From contig CASEAR010000110.1 in NCBI GenBank assembly GCA_949285835.1, forward strand, positions 1-56,646: a stretch of 56,646 nt of DNA, given 5' to 3'. Source of the stretch: an uncultured Verrucomicrobiota bacterium (GTDB taxonomy: Bacteria; Verrucomicrobiota; Kiritimatiellia; RFP12; UBA3636). Both the position numbers and the translations under genes were made by a program. The notes under the pieces were generated by a model. The model was given only the letters and a program-made list of their open reading frames with translations. It was not told where the DNA came from and ran no database searches. How positions within the stretch are numbered: the first letter of the stretch is position 1; every line of letters begins with the position of its first letter. This document shows positions 8,917 to 18,334 of the stretch, piece after piece.

Positions 8917-9850
8917 ACTCAAGACTCTCCTTTATCTTTTCGCCAACCGCTTGTGCCACAGGAGGAGGAAATGCGTTTCCAATCATTCTGCACGCCACGG
9001 TTTTTCTTTTCCCGAAAGTCCATGTGTCCGGGAATCCCTGAACTCGCGCCATCATGCGGCTCGTAAGCCGTGGCATTCCCTCAAAATCTGGTGACGGTGC
9101 CTCGTTAGCGATTCCTTTCCCATCAACGCCAAGTTCTGCCCAAGCATTGCGCGCTCTTGTCGGCCCCAAATCCGGTCCGCCATGTTTTTTTGAGCCACCT
9201 ACCAATGTGGGAGCGATTTTATTAGCCTTGGCTGCCCAGTCTTTTGCACCTGTCCAACCATTTTCAGCCATTAAGTCATACAACGTTTTTCCTACGGTAG
9301 GAGCACTACAGGGATCTTCATCTGGATAGAAAAATACTCCTGCCTGATCATTGCGAATGCCGACAATAACCACTCTCGGACGAAGTTGTGGAACGCCAAA
9401 ATCCGATGCGTTCAGCAACTTAATTTGTGTCTTATATCCCAATTCCTGAATAGAGTTTAAGATATGTGTGCGGTATTCATCAAAGCTTGAATCTAAAAAG
9501 CCTCTAACATTTTCCAACATGACTGCACGAGGCTGGATTTCTTTTATAAGACGGATTGCTTCTGGGAATAGATCTCTCTCGTCATCTTTCCCTAACTGTT
9601 TACCCGCTACTGAAAAAGGAGGACATGGAACGCCACCGGCAAGTAAGTCCACCCCTCTATAAGGGAGGCCATCAAAATCGTATACATCCGCACATATAAC
9701 ATTCCACTCAGGCCGGTTATCTTTTAAAACTTTACAATAATCGACTTCATATTCCACTAACGCTACATGGACAAAGCCAGCCATAGCAAGGCCAAGCGCC
9801 TGCCCTCCAGCTCCTGCACATATTTCAACGCAAGTCAAAGGACGTTGCAT
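8864..9850 (-). CDS. DNA (cytosine-5) methyltransferase, cognate of the NgoMIV-like endonuclease
   Basis: CAGAGG, GGVPCPPFS, ENVRG, QLRPR, GNAFPPP; target-recognition region APTLVGGSKKHGGPDLGPTRA resembles GCCGGC-type methyltransferases. Confidence 0.92.
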   Translation of the reverse strand: MQRPLTCVEICAGAGGQALGLAMAGFVHVALVEYEVDYCKVLKDNRPEWNVICADVYDFDGLPYRGVDLLAGGVPCPPFSVAGKQLGKDDERDLFPEAIRLIKEIQPRAVMLENVRGFLDSSFDEYRTHILNSIQELGYKTQIKLLNASDFGVPQLRPRVVIVGIRNDQAGVFFYPDEDPCSAPTVGKTLYDLMAENGWTGAKDWAAKANKIAPTLVGGSKKHGGPDLGPTRARNAWAELGVDGKGIANEAPSPDFEGMPRLTSRMMARVQGFPDTWTFGKRKTVACRMIGNAFPPPVAQAVGEKIKESLEYGRNDSNCKISLSRAVV

Positions 9851-9861
9851 ATAATCTCTCC

Positions 9862-10097
9862 TCACTGTTCTTTTGCAAATTGTCTGTACAGCCATTGCCC
9901 GCCTATGAATTCTACAATCTCACCTATATCGCAGATATGGTTTGACAAATCCAGTGAAGGCTATCCATAGAGACATATTCATTCTTTCCATTTTTGACCA
10001 GCACATTGAAACTGATTTCCGAAAAGTCTTTCTGCTCTGCTCGATTCATATTTTTGTCAATCAGCGCCCTCCACATATCATCGCAACTGACCGGCAT
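9862..10097 (-). pseudogene. Cro/C1-type (Xre) HTH regulator, frameshifted near 9935
   Basis: MPVSCDDMWRALIDKNM...KNEYVSMDSLHWICQ ends early; the typical C-terminus CDIGEIVEF continues in another frame. Confidence 0.65.
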
Positions 10098-10686
10098 AGT
10101 CAATTCCTTATCTGCCGTTGGGAGCCCTTGTATCGTACCATAATAGCGTATATAACAGCAAGATGACCTCATAAAACAGTGACACGGACTGTGAGGCTAG
10201 TACAGACTGTAAGCTCCCTGCTTTGAGAGCCCCGGCGCAGCACGGTTCAAACCCCATGCTCCTTCCATGACCGCGACATATACGACCATTCAGCCCGCAG
10301 GGCGCAGGATTCCGTGAGCGCAAATTAAAACGCATCCGGTGCAATGCGCGGGGAACTAGAGTTCCCGAGCGCAAAAAGTACGCACGAGTTATTTTCAGCG
10401 CGATTCTGAAGCGGAAAACCATGAAACATTTTGATTATTCAGCATTTTGACCACTTGGAAAGAACGGAATATTCCGGGAAGAACAAGTACGCATGCACGA
10501 CATCCGTCCGTTTTCAGAACAGCATAAAACTCTGGGAAAACTCACGGCACAGAGAACGCCGGATCCGCAAATTCATCAGAATTCCGGTGAATTCATTTGA
10601 CGTCCACATGCGCAATGTGATACTGTTCCGCGCGTATTTTCAGCTTTAGGGAATTTTCCACAAGCATGTACGGAGATTTTCACCAG

Positions 10687-11706
10687 ATGTCGAAAGAAGA
10701 TAAAGACTCCAGAGCGGCGAAAAAAACCGTTAAAACATCCGCGGCACGTCAGGTTTCAGATGCTGCACGCGCTGCAGAAGCGGTAAAGGGGTCTGCCGCA
10801 AATACAAAAAAAACCTCTGCCGCCGTAAGCAGGACGGTAAAAAAAGTCCTTCGTTCGGCACCGCTCGGCCGCAAGAAGACCTCGTCGGAATTTTCCGCAC
10901 CTGAAGTGCCCCTGCAGATTACGACTGATCCGGAATACAAAATGGCGCCAGCCCGGAAAAAGACCGCAGACAAAGCCGCATCTGCAAAAAAATTGGCTGT
11001 AAAAGCGGCGGCCAAGGCTACGGTCAAAGCAAAAACACCAGACAGGGCGGAGTCAAAATCCGAACCCAAGTCCGCGGCCAAAACGGTATCCAAAGCAGCG
11101 CCTAAGTCCGCGGCCAAAACGGTATCCAAAGCAGCAGCTAAGTCCGCGGCCAAAACGGTATCCAAAGCAGCAGCTAAGTCTGCGGCCAAAACGGTATCCA
11201 GAGCAGCAGCTAAGTCTGCGGCCAAGGCGGAGGCAAAACCGGCGGCCAAAGTGGCAGATTACAAATCCCCTCGCAGGAAGTCTTCCTCTCCCGCGAGGAA
11301 CAACCGCGCTGTCCGCAAGAACAAAGACTTCACTGACAAACAGCTGGAAGAGTTCAGAAAAATGCTGCTTAAGATGCGCGAAGAATACACCTCTCAGGTG
11401 AAGGCGCTGTCGTCTTCCCTTCACAAGCAGGATGAAGAGAACACATCCGAGGACGGGTCAAACGAATTTGAAAGATCCACCAACCTTTGCAAGGCCGGTT
11501 CGGATCAGGGACTCGTAAGTAAAATCGACGCCGCCATCAAAGCCATAGCCGACGGCACATTCGGGCTTTGCGAGGAATGCGGAGAACTAATTGGGCTCAG
11601 CCGCTTGAAAGCTGTGCCGTACGCTACAACATGCATAAACTGCCAGAGTGGCCGCGACAGCGGAAAACAGTTCAGGCGAAACAAGGCCATGGACTTGTGG
11701 ATGTAG
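10687..11706 (+). CDS. dksA: DksA/TraR C4 zinc-finger protein with long Lys/Ala-rich N-terminal extension
   Basis: GTFGLCEECGELIGLSRLKAVPYATTCINC; coiled-coil region; directly upstream of lspA. Confidence 0.85.
   Translation: MSKEDKDSRAAKKTVKTSAARQVSDAARAAEAVKGSAANTKKTSAAVSRTVKKVLRSAPLGRKKTSSEFSAPEVPLQITTDPEYKMAPARKKTADKAASAKKLAVKAAAKATVKAKTPDRAESKSEPKSAAKTVSKAAPKSAAKTVSKAAAKSAAKTVSKAAAKSAAKTVSRAAAKSAAKAEAKPAAKVADYKSPRRKSSSPARNNRAVRKNKDFTDKQLEEFRKMLLKMREEYTSQVKALSSSLHKQDEENTSEDGSNEFERSTNLCKAGSDQGLVSKIDAAIKAIADGTFGLCEECGELIGLSRLKAVPYATTCINCQSGRDSGKQFRRNKAMDLWM
11068..11226 (+). repeat. Intragenic 36-bp tandem repeat (KSAAKTVSKAAx) x~4.4
   Basis: Units start at 11068, 11104, 11140, 11176 and 11212. 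Confidence 0.9.
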
Positions 11707-11745
11707 GCGCACGGCCTCGTTAATTTGCAGCACTTGGGGACGAGC

Positions 11746-12249
11746 ATGCATGGTAGACACCGACATTTGCTGACTTTCCTCACGGCTCTCGCCGTGCTGA
11801 TATCCGACCAGATTTCCAAGTTCTGGGCGGAAAGATCGCTCGGTGACGGGCGCGTAGTGCATGTGATCCCGGGCATATTCGACTTCAGTCTGGTGTACAA
11901 CTCGGGTGCGGCATTCGGCATTCTGCAAGGATACAGGTTCCCCCTTGTGCTTGTATCCGCCGCACTTGTGGCCGTGGTAATCTTCTACCGTCGGGAGCTC
12001 GCCGCATCCTCCGGGGGGCTGCGGTTCGGAGTGGGACTCCTCCTCGGCGGCGCGGTCGGGAACCTTGCGGACCGCATATTCAGGGGACACGTCGTCGACA
12101 TGCTCAGTTTTCACTGGAATAATGCATGGCACTTCCCAACGTTCAATATCGCCGATTCCTGTATATGCTGCGGCGTATTCCTTTACGCCCTGTTTTCAAT
12201 TATCGCCGAAAGACGCAGAAGCCGGGGAAACAACGATGAGAACGCCTAA
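11746..12249 (+). CDS. lspA: Lipoprotein signal peptidase II
   Basis: DQISK, NSGAAFG, GGAVGNLADR, VVD, FNIADS. Confidence 0.95.
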   Translation: MHGRHRHLLTFLTALAVLISDQISKFWAERSLGDGRVVHVIPGIFDFSLVYNSGAAFGILQGYRFPLVLVSAALVAVVIFYRRELAASSGGLRFGVGLLLGGAVGNLADRIFRGHVVDMLSFHWNNAWHFPTFNIADSCICCGVFLYALFSIIAERRRSRGNNDENA

Positions 12250-14059
12250 CGTACGCACCGCAGTCTGGCTCTCGGCGCTGTGTCTGATTTCCGCCTGCGC
12301 AGCGTGGTTCGTGGTGCGTTTCCTGCCGTCTGACGGTGTATGGACGATGCCCTCATCGCTTCTTCCGCAGAGCATCCGTTCCGCGGAAAAAATCATATTT
12401 CGGTCGGGCGAAGAAACAATAGACTGCAGAAAAAAAGGGAACGCGTGGTTCGTATTCCGCGACGGGATTCCATACAGAGCGGATTCGGCAAGACTTTCAC
12501 TTGTCCTTGAAGCCCTGTCCGGAGAATCCGTCAGGGACAGAATAAACGCCAGACAACAGCGCGGACGCAATTTGGAACTTGGCGATTTCGGGTTATCAGA
12601 GCCAAGGATTGTCGTAGAGGTACATCTCGCAAACGAAAGAACCGTACGGGTGCTTATCGGCAACAACGCCCTTTATGACGACACCGTTTTCGCGAAAACA
12701 GACCGCTCTCCGGATGTTTACGTTGTGGGGGGGGTGATCCGAGATCTTGTCCCGGAGTCTTTCGAAGAAACCCGCGACAAGTCGGTATTCCCCCATCTTC
12801 CAGACACAGTGGTACGTATCGATATAAAGCGTTACGCCGGAATAATTTCTCTCGTAAAACGTAAAAACGGATGGTATTTGACATCCCCGGTGTCCGCCGC
12901 CGCAGACAATGCCGCGGTACATAAGATTCTCAGGGCGATGAGCACCGCAACGGTCGGAACCTTCGTGATAAACATCCGCCCATCCGCCCTATCGGACATC
13001 GACAACATGCTGTTCCCTTACGGGCTGAATCACAGCGACGCCGCAACGACCGTGTCAGTATGGACCGATGGCATGCAGTCACCCGTGATATACATTTTCG
13101 GGCGGCCGGCGCCGAACTCACCGGATTCGGTGTTCACATATTCTTCCGAGGAGAATTCGGTATTTACCTCCGCTGCCTCATTTATGAACGCATTCTCTGC
13201 AGATGCCGAATCACTGCGGGATCACTCCATATTCCGAACATCAGGACGCGAAATGCACGCCATCGGCATGCGCACCGCAAAATCATCCATGAACATTGAG
13301 CGCGGCGACGATGGAGCGTGGTCGTTTACCAAGCCATCGCCGCAGCCCGCCGATGCCGCCGCAGTGGAAAGGTATATCAGCACTCTTGAGGCCATCCGGG
13401 ACAGCGGCATATCCGCGGAGCCGATTCCCGATAAGACCCCTCCGGCTGCGCTGCTCTCAGCCGTGACGGAAGACGGCGAAGAATGGAACGCACAAATATT
13501 CGAAAGCGGAGAAAGCGGTGTGCTCCTTATAAAAACAGACGCGGACAAGTTTGCCAGAAAAATAGAGGAAGGCAACCTTCCCGGGAGCTTCTTTACCGCC
13601 GGATACTTCGCTGGACTGCGCGATATGTCCGTCATATCCATCCGGCCGGATGACGTTATATCCGTCACACAAAAACGAAGAGGCTTGGCCTCCGTGTCCG
13701 CAATACGAATCCCGGCCGGAGGGTGGACGTGCCCTGTAGAAAACGCGGCCGCCAACGGCGCTCTCATCGACTCCGCTCTCGAGACCATGAGATCCCTGCG
13801 TGCGGGCGAGGTGGACGTTCTTGTGTCCGACGACGACACCGTAAGAGGGCTGAACCCGCCCGAATGCGAATTCGCGGTGACAGTAGATTCTGACACCTTT
13901 TCCGACGCCGTTCTGCAGTTTGGAGCAAAAACAGACAACGGCGCATCAAGGCTTGTGAGAAGAAAAGGATTTGACGCCGTTTTTAAAATTCCGGAAGAAA
14001 CAGCGTCCGTTTTCATGCTGCCCATATGCAGCGGCAACGAGGGTCTGAAGGACCTTTGA
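12236..14059 (+). CDS. DUF4340-type exported/membrane protein with repeated domains
   Basis: N-terminal TM helix; repeated W...P...AD and (F/Y)GL..P motifs. Confidence 0.6.
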   Translation: MRTPNVRTAVWLSALCLISACAAWFVVRFLPSDGVWTMPSSLLPQSIRSAEKIIFRSGEETIDCRKKGNAWFVFRDGIPYRADSARLSLVLEALSGESVRDRINARQQRGRNLELGDFGLSEPRIVVEVHLANERTVRVLIGNNALYDDTVFAKTDRSPDVYVVGGVIRDLVPESFEETRDKSVFPHLPDTVVRIDIKRYAGIISLVKRKNGWYLTSPVSAAADNAAVHKILRAMSTATVGTFVINIRPSALSDIDNMLFPYGLNHSDAATTVSVWTDGMQSPVIYIFGRPAPNSPDSVFTYSSEENSVFTSAASFMNAFSADAESLRDHSIFRTSGREMHAIGMRTAKSSMNIERGDDGAWSFTKPSPQPADAAAVERYISTLEAIRDSGISAEPIPDKTPPAALLSAVTEDGEEWNAQIFESGESGVLLIKTDADKFARKIEEGNLPGSFFTAGYFAGLRDMSVISIRPDDVISVTQKRRGLASVSAIRIPAGGWTCPVENAAANGALIDSALETMRSLRAGEVDVLVSDDDTVRGLNPPECEFAVTVDSDTFSDAVLQFGAKTDNGASRLVRRKGFDAVFKIPEETASVFMLPICSGNEGLKDL

Positions 14060-14099
14060 ACTTGATTTTCAAGGCTTCCGATTGTAGCATATCCGGGCA

Positions 14100-14891
14100 A
14101 TGAGCAATGCATACGAAAATACGTTCGGAGGAGGAACGGCAGATACTGCGACCGGATTTTCCGAAACAGCGGACATAGAGACGTCGTCAGACAATTACGC
14201 AGGCAGATTTCGCGGCCGTTACGGAGCCTGGATGCTTGAAGTCCAGGAGCGCGGCGTTATGTCGCTGCTCAAGGAAGCCGCGGCGTCTGGAGCGTCTGTT
14301 CTCGATGTCGGCGGGGGGCACGGACAGCTGGCGGAACCGCTGTGCAGAGACGGCTTCCGCGTCAAAGTCGTCGGGAGCGCCCCCGAATGCGTACATCGCA
14401 TACAAGGCCTTGTCGATTCCGGGGCATGCACGTTCGACGTCGCCAACGTGATCGACATGCCCTACCCGGACAAGTCGTTTGACGCCGTCGTGGCCGTGAG
14501 GATGCTCACACACTGTTCCAAGTGGGAAAAGCTCGTAAGCGAAATGTGCAGGATATCCAGAGGCCCCGTCATCACAGATTATCCGACGGGACAGAGTTTG
14601 AATGCCGCCGCACCGGCTCTATTCAAGGCAAAAAAACGCTACGAGGGCAACACCAGACACTGGAAACTGTTCAGACACGAAGAAGTCGCGCAGGCCTTTA
14701 AAGCTGCCGGATTCGCCGAAACAGGCAGATTCGCGCAGTTCTTCCTGCCCATGGTAATCCACCGCGCGCTCAAATGCAGAAGCATTTCCACGGCATCCGA
14801 GGCGTTTTTCCGCCTGCTGGGACTGACGCGCAGATGGGGTACGCCGGTAATCGTGCGAATGGAAAGAGTTCAACAAAAAACGACAACTTGA
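14100..14891 (+). CDS. Class I SAM-dependent methyltransferase
   Basis: VLDVGGGHG, MPYPDKSFDAVV. Confidence 0.85.
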   Translation: MSNAYENTFGGGTADTATGFSETADIETSSDNYAGRFRGRYGAWMLEVQERGVMSLLKEAAASGASVLDVGGGHGQLAEPLCRDGFRVKVVGSAPECVHRIQGLVDSGACTFDVANVIDMPYPDKSFDAVVAVRMLTHCSKWEKLVSEMCRISRGPVITDYPTGQSLNAAAPALFKAKKRYEGNTRHWKLFRHEEVAQAFKAAGFAETGRFAQFFLPMVIHRALKCRSISTASEAFFRLLGLTRRWGTPVIVRMERVQQKTTT

Positions 14892-14900
14892 AAGTTCAAA

Positions 14901-15899
14901 ATGAAAATTCTTATCACAGGGGGCACCGGATTCACGGGAAGTCATCTCGTAAAGCATGTCCTGAGGGAAGGTCACCGCGCAGCGGTTCTTGACAATCAGG
15001 AAGGCATAATGCTCGATGAACTCAAGAGGCTCGGAGCAGAAATCACCATAGGATCCGTCACGGACAGGGACGTGTTTGAACGAGCCGTCGAGGGCTGCGA
15101 CGCCGTGTACCATCTGGCTGCAGCCTTCCGCAAAATCAACGTGGCCAAATCCGTCTACGACGCAACAAACATAGATGCGATGCGCACGCTTCTCACCGTA
15201 TGCCGGAACGCAAAGGTGAAAAAAATCATCTACTGCAGCACGCAGGGCGTCCATGGCAACATAAAAAGCCTCGCGTACAACCCTCCGGTGCCCGGCGACG
15301 AAAAGTCGCCCATCAAACCCGAAGACTACTACCAGCACACAAAATACGAAGGCGAAAAAGTGGCGCACGAGTTCATGAACGACCTCGACATCACGATTCT
15401 CCGCCCCACAGCCCTGTACGGGCCGGGGGATCCCGGGCGTTTCCTCATGCTCTACAAACAGGTAAAGAAAGGCTGGTTCCCGTTCTTCGGCCCCGGCAAG
15501 GCGTTTTACCATCCTGTTTATGTGGAAAACTTCTGCGATGCGTTCTCCCTCGCAATGAATCACCCGGAATCCCGCGGACAGACGTACATCATCGCGGACA
15601 ACGAGTACTACCAGATAAGCGAGATCGTATCAAAGATCGCGGACATCATGGGCGTTAAATGCAGAATGATACACCTTCCGTTCTATCCCATGTACTGGTT
15701 TTCATTCCTTGTAGCCGCCGTGTGGAAACTCCTACCCGGAGATCCTCCCCTGTTCCCCCGCAGAGTCGACTGGTACAGGCAGAACCGCGGCTTCCGCATT
15801 GACAAAGCCAGACGAGAACTTGAATACGAGCCCAGGATCGGCCTCGACGAGGGCCTCAAAATAACATACGACTGGTACAAGCAAAACGGCTATCTCTGA
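14901..15899 (+). CDS. NAD-dependent epimerase/dehydratase (extended SDR)
   Basis: TGGTGFTG, HLAA, YQHTK (YxxxK), LRPTALYGP. Confidence 0.9.
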   Translation: MKILITGGTGFTGSHLVKHVLREGHRAAVLDNQEGIMLDELKRLGAEITIGSVTDRDVFERAVEGCDAVYHLAAAFRKINVAKSVYDATNIDAMRTLLTVCRNAKVKKIIYCSTQGVHGNIKSLAYNPPVPGDEKSPIKPEDYYQHTKYEGEKVAHEFMNDLDITILRPTALYGPGDPGRFLMLYKQVKKGWFPFFGPGKAFYHPVYVENFCDAFSLAMNHPESRGQTYIIADNEYYQISEIVSKIADIMGVKCRMIHLPFYPMYWFSFLVAAVWKLLPGDPPLFPRRVDWYRQNRGFRIDKARRELEYEPRIGLDEGLKITYDWYKQNGYL

Positions 15900-16147
15900 T
15901 CCGCGGCATCGGGCAGGAACGCCCGACGCTGCAGCAAAAGTCCCGGCGCTGCGAAACGCCTGATTTGAATTCAAACCGGACAGGCGCAGAATCCGTGGCC
16001 GGGGGTAAGGCAGACAGGAGAATCCGGCTGAAGCCGCCGTATGAGGGATTTTATGCGCGATTGTGTTTTTGACAGAGACGGTTGTGATTCCGGCGACGAC
16101 AGAAGCGTCCCGCAGCGGTCTGCACCACAGACATGGAGACAGAGAGT

Positions 16148-17323
16148 ATGAAGAAAGTAATCGCGATTCTAGCGGCAGTATGCGTCTCTGCCGCATGCCG
16201 TGCAGGTTCCGCCCCGGATGCGGACGCCTTCGCGGCAGCTTTCTACAGCGCGGTATCATCAGGTGTGCCCGCCGATGAAAATCTGGCGGTATCCCCTGCC
16301 GGAGCCTTCAGGGTTCTCTCCGTGCTGGCCGCTGCCGCGCGCGGCGACACCGCCGTGGAAATAATGACGGCATTGAAGTTTCCGAGCGGAACAACAACGG
16401 ACGGCTTTATCGAAGCCGTGTCCCGCCTCGACGCGGCGATATCCGCCGCCGGCGAGGCGGGGGGCGCCCAATTCATATCGACAGGCTCGATGTGGCACCG
16501 GGACGATGTGAACATAAAACCGGAGTTTGCCGGACTCGCAGAGCGCGAGCTTGGATACTCAGTCCGACCCGCAAAAATGAATGCGGAAAGCGCCGCGGAA
16601 ATCAACGGCTTCGTCAAAAAGGAAACTCAGGGAGAAATCGATGAGATCATAGGCCCGGGAGACCTGACCGCGGACACAATGACTGTCATCGTCAATACGC
16701 TCCTGATGAAGGCGAAATGGGAAAAACCATTCAAAAAGTCTTCCACAGCCGACAGCACATTCTACACGCCGAACGGCCCGGTCACGAACAAATTCATGAG
16801 CTGTACGGAAATGTTCCCGGTGGCTCACGGATCCGGATTTACGGCTGTGTCCATGCCGTATAGGAACGGAACCGCCGAGTTTCTGCTCATCGTTCCGGAC
16901 AAAGACGTGAAACTGTCCGATCTCGAACAGAAAGTGTCCGAAACCATGTTCGGACTCGCATTCACAAACAAAACGATTTCCCTGACAATCCCCAAAATGT
17001 CGCTGAAATGGCGCGACAACATTACACAGGCAATCTGCCGGCTCGGAATAAAAAAAGCGTTCACGGGCGGGGCCGATTTCTCGTCCATGTCCGACATTCC
17101 ACTGTCCGTTGACACGGCGGTGCAGTCGGTGAGGGTCAAGGTGGACGAAGAGGGCACCGTGGCCGCTGCGGCCACCGCGGTCACCATGATCAGGATGATG
17201 CTCTCTCCGCCGCCCGAGGAAACAATCGTGGCAGACCGGCCGTTCCTGTTCCGCATCAGGCTGTCAAAGACCGGTGAGACGCTGTTCATGGGCAGGGTCT
17301 GCACCCCCGGAGCCGAGGAATGA
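16148..17323 (+). CDS. Serpin (serine protease inhibitor), exported
   Basis: NLAVSP, IN.FV..ET.G.I, KAKWEKPF, hinge VDEEGTVAAAAT, ADRPFLF, LFMGRV; N-terminal signal peptide. Confidence 0.93.
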   Translation: MKKVIAILAAVCVSAACRAGSAPDADAFAAAFYSAVSSGVPADENLAVSPAGAFRVLSVLAAAARGDTAVEIMTALKFPSGTTTDGFIEAVSRLDAAISAAGEAGGAQFISTGSMWHRDDVNIKPEFAGLAERELGYSVRPAKMNAESAAEINGFVKKETQGEIDEIIGPGDLTADTMTVIVNTLLMKAKWEKPFKKSSTADSTFYTPNGPVTNKFMSCTEMFPVAHGSGFTAVSMPYRNGTAEFLLIVPDKDVKLSDLEQKVSETMFGLAFTNKTISLTIPKMSLKWRDNITQAICRLGIKKAFTGGADFSSMSDIPLSVDTAVQSVRVKVDEEGTVAAAATAVTMIRMMLSPPPEETIVADRPFLFRIRLSKTGETLFMGRVCTPGAEE

Positions 17324-17637
17324 CGGACGCCACCGAAAACTGCCCCCGGCTGGGATTTGTCGGACTGATTATCGAGGACACATCCGGAGTGCCGGAGGTT
17401 AATTCCGTCATCTCGGAAATGTCTCATATTGTGGTGGGCCGTATGGGAATACCGTACCGGAACCGCGGATGCTCCGTCATAACGCTGGTAGTCGACGCCA
17501 CCACAGACCAAGTTGGCGAGCTCACCGGTAAACTCGGGAAAATCAGCGGAGTTTCCGTTAAGTCCGCGCTCGCGCGAACCCGCATTTGCAAACAGGAAAA
17601 CGTTCGAAAGGGCACTGCCGATGAATATCAGCGCTGA
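17320..17637 (+). CDS. TM1266-family (iron-only hydrogenase system regulator-like) ACT-fold protein
   Basis: GLIIED...VN.VISE...IVVGRMGIPY...VITLVVD...LTGKLGKISGVSVKS. Confidence 0.8.
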   Translation: MTDATENCPRLGFVGLIIEDTSGVPEVNSVISEMSHIVVGRMGIPYRNRGCSVITLVVDATTDQVGELTGKLGKISGVSVKSALARTRICKQENVRKGTADEYQR

Positions 17638-18289
17638 AGAAATCGCCTCAGTAATCGATCACACGGTACTCTCTCCAGACAGTCCGGGAAGCGCCTTCGA
17701 GGAAGCATGCAGATTCGCCGTGCTCCACGGCTGCGCAAGCGTATGCGTCTGCCCATTCGCCGTCAAAGTCTGCGCCGCCGCGCTTGCCGGAGCCCGCGTA
17801 CGCACATGCACGGTCATAGGGTTCCCTCACGGCACCAGCGCCTCCGATGCAAAAACAGCGGAAGCCGCAATCGCCATCGAACACGGCGCGGACGAGCTGG
17901 ATATGGTCGTCAATATATCAAAAGTGATCGACCGGGACTGGAAGTACGTCGAACGCGACATCGCAGGCGTAACGAACACCGCCCACAACGCAGGCAGAAT
18001 CATCAAGGTCATTTTCGAAAACTGCTTCCTTGACAACTCGATGAAAATAGAACTCTGCCGCATCTGCACCGCGCTCGGATGCGATTACGTCAAGACGTCC
18101 ACCGGATTCGGTACCGGCGGCGCGCGCCTCGACGACATCAGGCTCATGAAGGAAAATGTCGGCCCCGAAGTGAAAATAAAAGCAGCCGGCGGACTCAGAA
18201 CGCTGAAGGACGTGACTGCGGCCCTGGAAGCGGGCGCTTCGCGCATAGGCTGCTCCCGCACCGCAGCAGTACTGGCGGAAATCATTTAA
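17621..18289 (+). CDS. deoC: Deoxyribose-phosphate aldolase
   Basis: IDHTVL, TVIGFPHG, GADELDMV, KVIFE, VKTSTGF, KAAGG, RIGCS. Confidence 0.95.
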   Translation: MNISAEEIASVIDHTVLSPDSPGSAFEEACRFAVLHGCASVCVCPFAVKVCAAALAGARVRTCTVIGFPHGTSASDAKTAEAAIAIEHGADELDMVVNISKVIDRDWKYVERDIAGVTNTAHNAGRIIKVIFENCFLDNSMKIELCRICTALGCDYVKTSTGFGTGGARLDDIRLMKENVGPEVKIKAAGGLRTLKDVTAALEAGASRIGCSRTAAVLAEII

Positions 18290-18334
18290 CCTTGGACATG
18301 TCCTGCATACCGCGGGACTTCCGGCAAACGGGAT

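Larger units (their letters stand above)
7606..10170 (-). mobile_element. Horizontally acquired restriction-modification cassette (HTH-M-R-vsr)
   Basis: Visibly AT-richer than the flanking genes, lies between guaB and dksA, no integrase seen. Confidence 0.6.
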
